DNA of 63,675 nucleotides, the filler included, from Octopus bimaculoides (taxonomy: Eukaryota): NCBI RefSeq assembly GCF_001194135.2. It is 6 parts of 5 records of this genome, joined end to end, with 100 filler letters (N's around TTAATTAATTAA, not from the genome) between each part and the next. Parts side by side here need not be neighbours in the genome. Positions count along the whole stretch, not along the records: positions 6,295 to 27,598 come from NC_069004.1; 5 more parts are not named here. One strand, given 5' to 3'. Below the pieces are notes generated by a model that had not been told where the DNA came from, ran no database searches, and worked only from the letters and a program-made list of their open reading frames with translations. Position 1 is the stretch's first letter, and each line of letters opens with the position of its first letter. The position numbers and the translations under genes were made by a program. Positions 13,006-25,665 of this stretch are shown here, piece after piece.

Positions 13006-13067
13006 GCTACACTGACGATGAGAAATAAATAAGTAAATATACTTTAATCTCGAAACGCGTCTGTGGC
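13006..13067 (+). ncRNA. Type I hammerhead ribozyme with intact core
   Basis: Stem I GCUACA/UGUGGC; CUGACGA 13012-13018; extra U; stem II GAGA/UCUC with 24-nt AU loop; GAAA 13052-13055; palindromic stem III ACGCGU; GUC triplet 13059-13061. Confidence 0.85.
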
Positions 13068-14064
13068 TAATCGAAGTCGTGTGGATTCATTATTTTTCTT
13101 TTTGCCTACGTANNNNNNNNNNNNNNNNNNNNNNNNNNNNNNNNNNNNNNNNNNNNNNNNNNNNNNNNNNNNNNNNNNNNNNNNNNNNNNNNNNNNNNNN
13201 NNNNNNNNNNNNNNNNNNNNNNNNNNNNNNNNNNNNNNNNNNNNNNNNNNNNNNNNNNNNNNNNNNNNNNNNNNNNNNNNNNNNNNNNNNNNNNNNNNNN
13301 NNNNNNNNNNNNNNNNNNNNNNNNNNNNNNNNNNNNNNNNNNNNNNNNNNNNNNNNNNNNNNNNNNNNNNNNNNNNNNNNNNNNNNNNNNNNNNNNNNNN
13401 NNNNNNNNNNNNNNNNNNNNNNNNNNNNNNNNNNNNNNNNNNNNNNNNNNNNNNNNNNNNNNNNNNNNNNNNNNNNNNNNNNNNNNNNNNNNNNNNNNNN
13501 NNNNNNNNNNNNNNNNNNNNNNNNNNNNNNNNNNNNNNNNNNNNNNNNNNNNNNNNNNNNNNNNNNNNNNNNNNNNNNNNNNNNNNNNNNNNNNNNNNNN
13601 NNNNNNNNNNNNNNNNNNNNNNNNNNNNNNNNNNNNNNNNNNNNNNNNNNNNNNNNNNNNNNNNNNNNNNNNNNNNNNNNNNNNNNNNNNNNNNNNNNNN
13701 NNNNNNNNNNNNNNNNNNNNNNNNNNNNNNNNNNNNNNNNNNNNNNNNNNNNNNNNNNNNNNNNNNNNNNNNNNNNNNNNNNNNNNNNNNNNNNNNNNNN
13801 NNNNNNNNNNNNNNNNNNNNNNNNNNNNNNNNNNNNNNNNNNNNNNNNNNNNNNNNNNNNNNNNNNNNNNNNNNNNNNNNNNNNNNNNNNNNNNNNNNNN
13901 NNNNNNNNNNNNNNNNNNNNNNNNNNNNNNNNNNNNNNNNNNNNNNNNNNNNNNNNNNNNNNNNNNNNNNNNNNNNNNNNNNNNNNNNNNNNNNNNNNNN
14001 NNNNNNNNNNNNNNNNNNNNNNNNNNNNNNNNNNNNNNNNNNNNNNNNNNNNNNNNNNNNNNNN

Positions 14065-14100
<36 letters not shown>

Positions 14101-14194
14101 TACACATGCACATGGTACATGCACAGAGTGCGAAGGGTATTTCTAAATGTTGCAAGAACTTTGTATTATACATAAAGTGCAGATGGAATTGAAA

Positions 14195-14680
14195 GCCTCC
14201 GGTAAGAATGTTTGATCTGTAGCAAAAAGAAATGAAAAAGAGATTCTAAGCGTTCAGATATCATAAGAGCACCGCAATTCATTCAACGGATTCTAAATAT
14301 AATCGATGATGATCTCAGAAAAATCACTGAGATCCATCGCAAAAGAACTTCATGTGTCGGAGTGAACTGTCAGAACTGGTACGCATGAAGACATTCGACA
14401 CAAGTCATATGTACTAAGGAGAGGCCAATTCCTGTCTGCAAAGACACAGGAGAACCATTTGATTCATAATAAGCCTCACAAACATGGCCTGCTTTGGTTC
14501 TTCTCTGATGAAAAACCTTTGACCAAAAACCAAAAGACTAACAGAAAAAAAATGACATGATTACATGTAAATCCTTCTGAATTCTCCAGTGTGACTCACG
14601 CTAAGTATTCAGCAACTGCAATGGTTTTAGGAGTGATGAGTAACGAAGGTCATACCATTGATCATCCCGTCCAGTTCTCT
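14195..14680 (+). mobile_element. Tc1/mariner (DD37D/maT-like) transposase fragment
   Basis: Frameshifted KRSDIIRAPQFIQRILNIIDDD / SLRSIAKELHVSE*TVR..HEDIRHKSYVLRRGQFLS / LWFFSDEK / ATAMVLGVMSNEGH. Confidence 0.8.
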
Positions 14681-14728
14681 ATATATCAAGAGTCCCTATC
14701 ATTCCTGAGTGGCATTGAAAAGAATTAA

Positions 14729-14848
14729 ATGAGGCTCACAGCGAACACATTCAAAGACCGTTACCATCATCAATTTCACTCATTTAGATCAAGGAATAGG
14801 GAAAACTCTACAGGCATTCGCCAATGTATCTGGAAACTCAGGGTCTGA
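14729..14848 (+). mobile_element. Penelope-like GIY-YIG endonuclease fragment
   Basis: MRLTANTFKDRYHHQFHSFRSRNRENSTGIRQCIWKLRV, matching the PLE pattern (YIG)LTxNTFKxRYxxHxxSFR..NST.L..YIWKLK. Confidence 0.7.
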
Positions 14849-14999
14849 ATGCCCATCAGTTCGATGATGTAATGAAGTAAAACTACTTCATATTTCAATG
14901 GGTCACGATATTGCCTCTTTTGTTTAACTGAGAAATTCTAGATATTGAAATAGAGAGTACAGCTATTATCTAGCTAGCATCATCAGGCGATGGTTATGA

Positions 15000-15263
15000 T
15001 GGATATTTTCCTGGTGACTGATAAACGTAGGCCATACGACATCATTTCAAAGCTACAATACTTGAACATGATATATGTAGTGTAACTGACCACAAGCCTA
15101 TTTTATATCTCAGTTGTCCAGCAATTTTCGACCAAGTGACTAAACTTGACGAAGAACAATCAAATTTGTTAATCATCTGTGGACATAAGATCACCGAAGA
15201 TAATTTGCTAAACAGTCCGATCGATTGCTCGTATATTTTAGATAAAGACAACCACAACAAGTA
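15000..15263 (+). mobile_element. Possible LINE apurinic endonuclease C-terminal fragment
   Basis: MDIFLVTD followed, after a frameshift, by FKATILEHDICSVTDHKPIL (ID..LV / SDH.P-like). The frame stays open for 77 codons, so a host exon is an alternative. Confidence 0.3.
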
Positions 15264-15984
15264 ATAATGTAGTGAGGCACTGTCTGTTGACCATTGTATA
15301 TACAAATGTACGTTGGTGGTAACGAACGGAAGAGACAGAACTCAGTATAAATAGGGCAAAATAATTATCATAATTTATGGAAGCTGTTAGCCTTTTATAA
15401 TCATCTTTAGATGGCTGTTATGGCGGAACATAAACGATAACAATCACAGAAGAAAATGAAAGACAGTGGAAGAAGAGGCGCTTCTCATTGGCTAAACGGG
15501 CTTCGCGTTAATATCACGTAAAATCAACAAAATCTCACTTACGTAGTGTTGACAGCGGAGGTAACTCACAGGATACGGTCAAAGGGCGGTAAATAAAGTA
15601 AATCTTGTAATTAATCTAGAAAATGAAAAGATGAAAAATAGATGTATTTATATACACGAATATCATATATATACACACACAGACATACACACGCGCGCGC
15701 ACACAGAGTATATATACACACACATACCACAACTCCACATCACATCACACCACCACGCACACACTAGCACTGACCACTTCTCAACCCCACATCCACATAC
15801 CTACATATACACACATGCACACGTCAAGATCAACGGCCCTCTTCCACACGCTCATGCATACTCTCTTACACACACGCACGCGCACCTTCGTTTTGGGATC
15901 ACCACTACGTTATTACTTCCCCTTCTTCTTAGCTCTCCTGTGTGACCCCTCTGTCCAGCATTCGCCATGATAGATCGCTAGTCA

Positions 15985-16135
15985 CTAAACCTTTTTCTAT
16001 TTTCTCTCCCGGTTTCTTTCTGTGTTCCTTTCTGTGGAAGAGCGTAGACTCGAAACGTTAAAGACTTCTTCACTTCCCGAGCGTTAAACTAATACATCTG
16101 TTTGTTGTCTACACCACCCGTCTTCGTCTTTTTTT
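15985..16135 (+). mobile_element. PLE pLTR-derived repeat, same family as 25520-25665
   Basis: cctttctg..gaagagcgt...ctcgaaacgt.aaag...aatacatctg.ttgttgt shared by both copies. Confidence 0.6.
16028..16063 (+). ncRNA. Degenerate minimal hammerhead (core CUGUGGA)
   Basis: Stem I CUUU/AAAG; stem II GAG/CUC; GAAA; ACGU palindrome; A6 replaced by U. Confidence 0.5.
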
Positions 16136-16288
16136 TGTGTGTGAATTCTCCCTATATATATATCAATGTATGTATGTGTGTGTGTGTAGGTTCGTGTCAT
16201 CAGTTTTTCTCAAATTTTTTAAACTTATTATAATCTTTAAGAAAATCTCTTCAAATATTGACTGTATCAAGTATCTTTTAAAATCTTT

Positions 16289-16325
<37 letters not shown>

Positions 16326-16699
16326 CTGCATATATATTTGTATGTATGTATGTATGTATGTATATCTTTTATTTTTTTAATCTTATCTCGGACAAGTAGC
16401 CGTGAATAATGAAGGAAATGAAGGAATATATATTTCTGACTGATTTGTTAAAATTCTTGATGAAAGATAAATCTTAAAATAAATGGAAAAATCGAACAGA
16501 TTTATCAGATAACCAAATAAATATACAAAAATAGAAATAAATAAAAAAGAAAATGGCTAAAGTCATGTTTGTCCATTAGTGATCAATGGAGACCATAGAG
16601 ATCTTGACAGGTGATGAATCCATGGAGGGGAATCAAAGAATTACAATTGATTCCGCCAAGCAGTTTCAACTACTAGTGATCAATGACTATGCTGCTACA

Positions 16700-17030
16700 C
16701 TTCAACGAGAGATGCAACCTTCTGTGTGTTTAGGAGACGGGGATGGGCCTTGCCTTCTACCACGATGGCCCGACGTGGTTTTCGGCCAGAGATGCGAAAC
16801 GCCAATAAAAACTGGGGACGTACGTGGCACGATGACTAACCGCACGAGCGAGAAGTCTCCAGCGATGGATGATCTACACTTTGAGCTTTACTTTCATATC
16901 CCAGAATCTCTTGGCAGATATTTGCCGCAACTGGTGGGAGAATGGGCAAACGGGCCCGCTCGAGATGTGTGCAGAGTGATAAAACCGTTCTGCATGCACT
17001 CGTTCGGTATCTGGGCATTGCTGAATTGGG
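16700..17030 (+). mobile_element. L1/Tx1-like reverse transcriptase N-terminal fragment, decayed
   Basis: LPRW....RCETPIKTGDVRGTM....EKSPAMDDLHFELYFHIPESLGRYL resembles LPRL...CExPITxxEVxxAM...KSPGLDGLPYELY. Confidence 0.65.
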
Positions 17031-17034
17031 GAAG

Positions 17035-17078
<44 letters not shown>

Positions 17079-18341
17079 NNNNNNNNNNNNNNNNNNNNNN
17101 NNNNNNNNNNNNNNNNNNNNNNNNNNNNNNNNNNNNNNNNNNNNNNNNNNNNNNNNNNNNNNNNNNNNNNNNNNNNNNNNNNNNNNNNNNNNNNNNNNNN
17201 NNNNNNNNNNNNNNNNNNNNNNNNNNNNNNNNNNNNNNNNNNNNNNNNNNNNNNNNNNNNNNNNNNNNNNNNNNNNNNNNNNNNNNNNNNNNNNNNNNNN
17301 NNNNNNNNNNNNNNNNNNNNNNNNNNNNNNNNNNNNNNNNNNNNNNNNNNNNNNNNNNNNNNNNNNNNNNNNNNNNNNNNNNNNNNNNNNNNNNNNNNNN
17401 NNNNNNNNNNNNNNNNNNNNNNNNNNNNNNNNNNNNNNNNNNNNNNNNNNNNNNNNNNNNNNNNNTATATATATATATATATATATCCATATATATATGC
17501 ATGTGTGTTTGTGCATATATGGTATATGCGCATGCGCACTAGCAATTTTTGTGTAGAAGTAAAAATATTTTTCATAAACGCGCGCAACTGCGTGGATATG
17601 TGCGTATGTGTGAGTACTTGTGTACGTGTGTATGTGTGTACGTGTCTATGTGTGTGTGTATTTGTGTATATGCTTGCGTGTATGCGTGTTCGCTTGTACG
17701 TAGTTACATCTATCGTTAAATGTAGCTTTATTAGCGTTTGAATATTTAACAGAATAATGAAATTGCTCAGGGTGCAAGGGAGATAACTATAGATAATTCA
17801 CTGTGTTTCCAGTTCTCGATGGCAGAGAAAATTATGTCTCTACTTTACAGCCATCACACATTCTAATATATGAACAGATCCGAGCGAAAATAGTCTTAGC
17901 TGAAGGTTAGACCTGCTCATGGGTAGAGTTTTTGAGGGCTTGCAATGATGACGGAGAAGACGCTGTTAACAATTTGAGCAAGAATAGTCTTGAAATCGCC
18001 CGAAACGTAGGAACCATTGCCAAATTTTATTGCAAGAATCAAAGAGACAAACATACACGGACATATATTTGACCTTCACCGTTTCTGTTGTTGTTGGTGG
18101 TGGTAGTGCTGTTGGTGTTTTTAGCCCTAGGCAGAACTGATCGAAACGATTTATGTTAAAGGAGTTGCAGCACTAACTATCTTTGCACAGATATGTTTTT
18201 CTTTCTGCAATTATGTGTCTTTGGCTTCCGTTCAGGTCCCCACCCCAACCCATTTTCCTTAAAGTCAGTATAATGGTGAAATTTCGACAGAAATTTGGAT
18301 GGTATTCCTGGCGTGTGCGCACGCACGCACGCACGCACACA

Positions 18342-18373
<32 letters not shown>

Positions 18374-18455
18374 CTTATATATGCATAGTAGGAATTCTAG
18401 TCAAATCTTCCTAAAATCATCACACCGTCTGTCTGTCTGCCTACCTGCATGGCTG

Positions 18456-18491
<36 letters not shown>

Positions 18492-19221
18492 TCNNNNNNN
18501 NNNNNNNNNNNNNNNNNNNNNNNNNNNNNNNNNNNNNNNNNNNNNNNNNNNNNNNNNNNNNNNNNNNNNNNNNNNNNNNNNNNNNNNNNNNNNNNNNNNN
18601 NNNNNNNNNNNNNNNNNNNNNNNNNNNNNNNNNNNNNNNNNNNNNNNNNNNNNNNNNNNNNNNNNNNNNNNNNNNNNNNNNNNNNNNNNNNNNNNNNNNN
18701 NNNNNNNNNNNNNNNNNNNNNNNNNNNNNNNNNNNNNNNNNNNNNNNNNNNNNNNNNNNNNNNNNNNNNNNNNNNNNNNNNNNNNNNNNNNNNNNNNNNN
18801 NNNNNNNNNNNNNNNNNNNNNNNNNNNNNNNNNNNNNNNNNNNNNNNNNNNNNNNNNNNNNNNNNNNNNNNNNNNNNNNNNNNNNNNNNNNNNNNNNNNN
18901 NNNNNNNNNNNNNNNNNNNNNNNNNNNNNNNNNNNNNNNNNNNNNNNNNNNNNNNNNNNNNNNNNNNNNNNNNNNNNNNNNNNNNNNNNNNNNNNNNNNN
19001 NNNNNNNNNNNNNNNNNNNNNNNNNNNNNNNNNNNNNNNNNNNNNNNNNNNNNNNNNNNNNNNNNNNNNNNNNNNNNNNNNNNNNNNNNNNNNNNNNNNN
19101 NNNNNNNNNNNNNNNNNNNNNNNNNNNNNNNNNNNNNNNNNNNNNNNNNNNNNNNNNNNNNNNNNNNNNNNNNNNNNNAGCGGTTTTTGTGTGTTTTTAA
19201 AATAGCCTATACTCTGCCATT

Positions 19222-19261
<40 letters not shown>

Positions 19262-20586
19262 TATATTAACAAAAGTAGTGTTCGTTACTGGCCAAAGAGC
19301 TATGTGGATTATGCATGGATACAACTTTGTGGAGGTGGAAAAGAAGAATAGACGTAATGACAGAAAGACGGTCGATATCATATTAATTATTACAATGAAG
19401 ATAGCTTTTGCATTACATATTATAAACATGGTAATATAACATTATATATACTATAACAATATGCTTACAATATGAACGAGTTAGATACGATGATAGTAAC
19501 AGCTGGAATAAATAAGTGTCATACGAAATCAAAGAGACGGTAAAGGATTCGTAAGTTGCATATTGGCAGAAGATTTACATTAACGACAAAAGTATGAGTA
19601 AAGTTATCAACAAACCGGTTTCAAATTGAAGCAGCGACGTTAGATATGTAAAGTAAGATTCCCATCAGAAGTTTGTGTAGGACGAATGGTGATGGCTAGG
19701 AGACATGAACTTCTTGCATGTATTTCTTCTTACTGTGTATTTTTCTCTATGTGCCCATTTTTATAACCTTATGGCCATGAACAACATTAGAATACGACTA
19801 CTAACAATAAAATAAACACCAACAAAACATAACCTAGTTATGTCAGCAAACGTCAATTTAAATTATGCCGTTAATTTATTCATATTTATTCCATATGCTT
19901 TTGTCGCTGGCCGTTTGTGTTTTGTTTTGTTTTCCAACTGTCTATTGTAATTACGTCAGGGCAGAAACGACGTCACAATGTGTTTATCGAAAAATTTAAA
20001 ACTCTCTTCGATACGTGAACCTCAAGAAATGCAATCATGTTGATTAGAGAACTATTTTTAGTATCAATCTAAAATTAAACCTGATCAGTTTTATTTTAAG
20101 AACATCATTATTATTGTTTTGTTTATTCCCAGATGAGATGACGGAAGCCATTTTACTCTTTCGTTTTGTTTCGTTCTTTAAACATACGTAAATGCAGTTC
20201 CCTGGTGACGTCCCTTTTGGGAGGAGCATCAGTGTCACCGCATCTTCCTCACCAACGCCAGATAAGGTATTTATCAATTTCATTCACTAAATAATAATTC
20301 ATAAATATCATTTTACTCAGCCATTTACTACAATCTGTTATTGTTTAACCTCAGGTTACGTTTCAATGACTTTCCACGATGAAAGGCGTTCCATCCGTGA
20401 TCATCCTGATTTATTTTCATGCATTGTTGTGTACACTTGATGATATTTTCCTACGGTAGATTGTGGTTTAAGGGAATTTAGTTGCTATTTCTAGCAGGTC
20501 GTTTAACGATGTAGACCTTCCCCTGTCCGTTCCTGTTATGAGTGTTTTAAGCTTGCCCGGTTGAATATTCCTCGTTAGTTCTTGTT

Positions 20587-20702
<116 letters not shown>

Positions 20703-21149
20703 TCGGTAACTATATATTCTTTATTATCTGTTTTAATCCTGCTCGATTTTATTCTTTTATCATTTTGTATTGTCAATAAATTAACAGCCCAGGTTTTCAA
20801 CGTAAACAACACTTTATTAGTTCTGTATACTAACCGAAAATCCCGTTGCTATGGTCTCTGCCTGCTTAGTTACTTGGATTTTGATGTATCCTGGTCAGTT
20901 GGTGACCACTTGGCTCTGTATAAATTTCTAGTGCATGATATAATTTGTACCTGTACACCTAGGTACACAGGTGAGGTATTGGAGCGGCTGTAATCTATTG
21001 AAGTGAATGCAGTAAAACATTTCCTGCAGGTCGATGGTGGAATAAAATGCAATACCGAAGCTGACTGGCTAGGATTCGAATTTGGTCATTAATCAACAAA
21101 ATTAATTACTACTCAGCGTGTTACCATCTGGGTCACACTCACAGACCTG

Positions 21150-21345
21150 ATAATATCGATTTCAAATTTTGGCACACGACCAGTACTCGACTGGTACTAA
21201 TTTTATTGCCCCCCCCCCTCCCCACTAAAGGATGAAAGGTAAAAATCAACCTCGGCGGAATTTGAACTCAAAACGTAAAGACGGACGAAATGCCGTTAAG
21301 CATTTTGTTCGGCGTGCAAACGACTCTGCCGTCCGTGCCATCCTT
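21150..21345 (-). mobile_element. SINE family B
   Basis: Reverse complement of family B head and body with the gccttgtgccaaaatttgaaa-type tail. Confidence 0.75.
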
Positions 21346-22397
21346 ACAGACCTGATAATAATATCACAAGAATTGTATTGAGATAATAGCAGTAATANNN
21401 NNNNNNNNNNNNNNNNNNNNNNNNNNNNNNNNNNNNNNNNNNNNNNNNNNNNNNNNNNNNNNNNNNNNNNNNNNNNNNNNNNNNNNNNNNNNNNNNNNNN
21501 NNNNNNNNNNNNNNNNNNNNNNNNNNNNNNNNNNNNNNNNNNNNNNNNNNNNNNNNNNNNNNNNNNNNNNNNNNNNNNNNNNNNNNNNNNNNNNNNNNNN
21601 NNNNNNNNNNNNNNNNNNNNNNNNNNNNNNNNNNNNNNNNNNNNNNNNNNNNNNNNNNNNNNNNNNNNNNNNNNNNNNNNNNNNNNNNNNNNNNNNNNNN
21701 NNNNNNNNNNNNNNNNNNNNNNNNNNNNNNNNNNNNNNNNNNNNNNNNNNNNNNNNNNNNNNNNNNNNNNNNNNNNNNNNNNNNNNNNNNNNNNNNNNNN
21801 NNNNNNNNNNNNNNNNNNNNNNNNNNNNNNNNNNNNNNNNNNNNNNNNNNNNNNNNNNNNNNNNNNNNNNNNNNNNNNNNNNNNNNNNNNNNNNNNNNNN
21901 NNNNNNNNNNNNNNNNNNNNNNNNNNNNNNNNNNNNNNNNNNNNNNNNNNNNNNNNNNNNNNNNNNNNNNNNNNNNNNNNNNNNNNNNNNNNNNNNNNNN
22001 NNNNNNNNNNNNNNNNNNNNNNNNNNNNNNNNNNNNNNNNNNNNNNNNNNNNNNNNNNNNNNNNNNNNNNNNNNNNNNNNNNNNNNNNNNNNNNNNNNNN
22101 NNNNNNNNNNNNNNNNNNNNNNNNNNNNNNNNNNNNNNNNNNNNNNNNNNNNNNNNNNNNNNNNNNNNNNNNNNNNNNNNNNNNNNNNNNNNNNNNNNNN
22201 NNNNNNNNNNNNNNNNNNNNNNNNNNNNNNNNNNNNNNNNNNNNNNNNNNNNNNNNNNNNNNNNNNNNNNNNNNNNNNNNNNNNNNNNNNNNNNNNNNNN
22301 NNNNNNNNNNNNNNNNNNNNNNNNNNNNNNNNNNNNNNNNNNNNNNNNNNNNNNNNNNNNNNNNNNNNNNNNNNNNNNNNNNNNNNNNNNNNNNNNN

Positions 22398-22600
22398 TGA
22401 AAGTATTTGACATGAGTGTTTTTGTTTCACTTTTGACACGTAATACTTAAATAGTGGAGGAGATATTATGTTGCCGTGTGCTCGAACTCTGCAAGAAGTT
22501 AATAATTTTTTTTGACTAAAACACAACTGGAACACTAAGTAAGGCATGTGTAAAATTTGAATGAAATTGGTTGCGTAGTTCTCGAGTTTTAGGGATTCAC

Positions 22601-22638
<38 letters not shown>

Positions 22639-22639
22639 C

Positions 22640-22670
<31 letters not shown>

Positions 22671-22698
22671 GCACATTCTCATTTTTATATATATAGAT
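22398..22698 (+). mobile_element. Non-autonomous Helitron/Helentron-like element 3' part with (CAGA)n
   Basis: aaatttgaatgaaattggttgcgtagtt...(CAGA)n...ttttatatatatagat architecture typical of invertebrate Helitron-like microsatellite-carrying repeats. Confidence 0.45.
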
Positions 22699-23351
22699 AA
22701 CTATATATTTCTATACATACATAATACATACATACATATATATGTGCGTGTTTGTGTATGTGTGTGTTTGTATTTGTATATAAGTTTGGTTTCATAAAGG
22801 GGAGAAAACAGAACTCAAAATATAAAGCAACTTTAAACATACATTATATTTCATAAGACAAGGAGGCAGCATGGCCGATGCACTCAGGAGCGAAGGACCA
22901 TTCACCTTTCCAGTTAGGACTTTCAAAAGTGATAATTGTTTAATGGTTGCGAAATATGCCTCACGAACCCATCAACCGCAAAGTTAGAAATGCACTATAC
23001 TAAGAAGGCATATATTTGAGCTTTCTGAAACCTACTTCAGTGAAAGACTGCTCGTTGTAACAGCGAAAGATTTAGCGATCAGTTGAGGAAATTCACTGAA
23101 AAGAAACGTCCTTCAGTTTCTGTTTTCATTGATTTTCACTAGGGTAAACACTCTGGTTCATGCAATAGACTCGAAATGTATATATCTTCTCCACATATTC
23201 CTATGATAAAGTACGTAAGCAGGTAACTGAGTCAGTATACATAAGAGAGAATGATCCCAGTTCAACAATGAGATATGTTTATTTCTCACCCCTTACTTTG
23301 AGTTGTGTATACGCATATGTACTTGTGTATGCATAGGTGTACATACGCATA

Positions 23352-23399
<48 letters not shown>

Positions 23400-23405
23400 T
23401 TTATA

Positions 23406-23473
<68 letters not shown>

Positions 23474-24224
23474 CACATACATACATACATACATATATAT
23501 GTATATATATATGTTTATATGTGTGTATATATACATATATGAAATATGAAATATATATATGTATATATATATATGTTTATATGTGTGTATATATACATAT
23601 ATGAAATATGAAATATATATATGTATGTATACGTGTGTGTGTGTGTAGGTGTGTATATGTGTGTAACTATACATATAAGTTTATAAACTCTAAATCTTCA
23701 TTAACTAGTGATCATCCGCTTTTATAACAATACGTCTAAAATAGAATCTAATCTTAATAGCAGGAAGCTTTTTTCCATTAATTTATATCACAAATGTACA
23801 TACACTGAAATACATTATGGTGTAAAGCGTATGCAAAACAGCCAGAACTAACTTTTAAGAAAGGAAAAAAGATAATAAAAATGTAATAAAAATTCTGGAA
23901 AGCCGACAATGAAAGATTTAAAGTCGTAAACAGAAAAAGGAATGGAACTGGGGAAGTAACCAAAGATAAACGATGGACGACCGATTTCAAGAGATCAAAG
24001 TCAGTCAATATGAATACAACGGAACCTTATGTTCGTACGTAAAAAGCTTGATGTGAGCTAACTTTCAAACAGTTGCAGTGAAAATGTGTCAGTGACTTGG
24101 TTGCAGCAGGGCGACGAAGATGTCGACGCAACAAGGAAGTATATAGGAAAAGTGAATTGAGAAAAAAAGGTTTTTAAATTAGCACTTTCGTGATGTAAGC
24201 GCTCCAGTCATTTGCTAGTCTATA

Positions 24225-24289
<65 letters not shown>

Positions 24290-24419
24290 CACACAGACAC
24301 ATATCAAAGAAAGTAAAAAGAGAGAAAATAGAAAGCTTCAGATAATACGAAAAGTTTTATAAGGTCCACCTTCAGAAGAAGGTCTGGAATAGGTCCAGTT
24401 ATGCAGATTCCGTTAACCC

Positions 24420-24590
24420 ATTCAAAACCCCTAGCGTTAAAGGGTTTAGCAATGACATCGGGATACGTTTGGGTCTCGGCAAGTGTGCTAAAGCAACTTC
24501 TGTAAGAGGCAAGCTCATGCAAACAGCTTCCATTAAATCAGGTACCGACACTACCATCAAAGAACTTGACCCAAAAGGTTACATCCGCTG
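24420..24590 (+). mobile_element. R4/Dong-like reverse transcriptase fragment
   Basis: VKGFSNDIGIRLGLGKCAKATSVRGKLMQTASIKSGTDTTIKELD, matching FSxDIxMxFGLDKCAKATFxRGKL. Confidence 0.75.
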
Positions 24591-25519
24591 CGTATATATG
24601 TTTAATAGCTATGTATATTTCTACACATACGTATATATAAATACACACACGCGCGCCTATTTAGGACAGCAATCTATGATTTTATGTAGGAACAGCTGCT
24701 ATTTCTAGGTGACCGAAAGTCTTTCTAAAATCCCTTCCGTTCACAGCTCTTGTATGATTATTATTACTTTTGTATAATTACTGTTGTTCGTGTTGTTTAA
24801 ACTTCAAAGGTCAGCCAGGATCAAACAAAAATAGGATCAAAGTGTTGTTGGGTTCTTATTTCTAGTGAATTCTTCTGGCTCTGTCTCATCCAATGTCTCT
24901 CTCCTTTCGTTGGTACGATTTGAGGGGGATATCGGCTACTATTTTTACCAATGTGAACGACTGCACAGTGGCTTTCCCTTTGCGTGTCATTGCACTCGTC
25001 TGCTCGTATACGAGTAGGTGGAACGAACGAATTGTTGCGAGGGTTCGGGTTGAATTTAGAAACAACACACAGATAACAGATCAAATATCTGTCTTTATTG
25101 CTAGACAAATATAGAAATGTATATGTGACGTCACGCAAACCACCAACGAGACATATTAAAACTTTATTTCACATACATACATAAATATATACATACATAC
25201 ATACATACATATATATGCATATNNNNNNNNNNNNNNNNNNNNNNNNNNNNNNNNNNNNNNNNNNNNNNNNNNNNNNNNNNNNNNNNNNNNNNNNNNNNNN
25301 NNNNNNNNNNNNNNNNNNNNNNNNNNNNNNNNNNNNNNNNNNNNNNNNNNNNNNNNNNNNNNNNNNNNNNNNNNNNNNNNNNNNNNNNNNNNNNNNNNNN
25401 NNNNNNNNNNNNNNNNNNNNNNNNNNNNNNNNNNNNNNNNNNNNNNNNNNNNNNNNNNNNNNNNNNNNNNNNNNNNNNNNNNNNNNNNNNNNNNNNNNAT
25501 ATATATATGGTTGAAATGT

Positions 25520-25665
25520 ATAGAAAGACAAAAGACGAAGACAGAAGTATGAACAACAAGCAGATGTATTATTTTGACGGTCGGGAAAAATGAAAAAATA
25601 AATCTTTTACGTTTCGAGCCCACGCTCTTCAGCAGAAAGGAATAAAAGAAATTAAACTGAGAGAA
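25520..25665 (-). mobile_element. PLE pLTR-derived repeat
   Basis: Reverse complement matches the 15985-16135 repeat. Confidence 0.6.
25604..25639 (-). ncRNA. Minimal hammerhead with A6C core variant (CUGCUGA)
   Basis: Stem I CUUU/AAAG; extra A; stem II GAGC-GUGG-GCUC; GAAA; ACGU palindrome; GUA triplet. Confidence 0.6.

Noticed and set aside
16586-17542. 318-aa ORF as a host gene
   Set aside because: The informative part is a decayed L1/Tx1-like RT segment; the rest is (AT)n and N.
20932-20970. EGF-like mini-exon HDIICTCTPRYTG
   Set aside because: It lies in a near-palindrome (acctgtacacctaggtacacaggt) that gives similar reads on both strands; the other EGF cysteines are missing.
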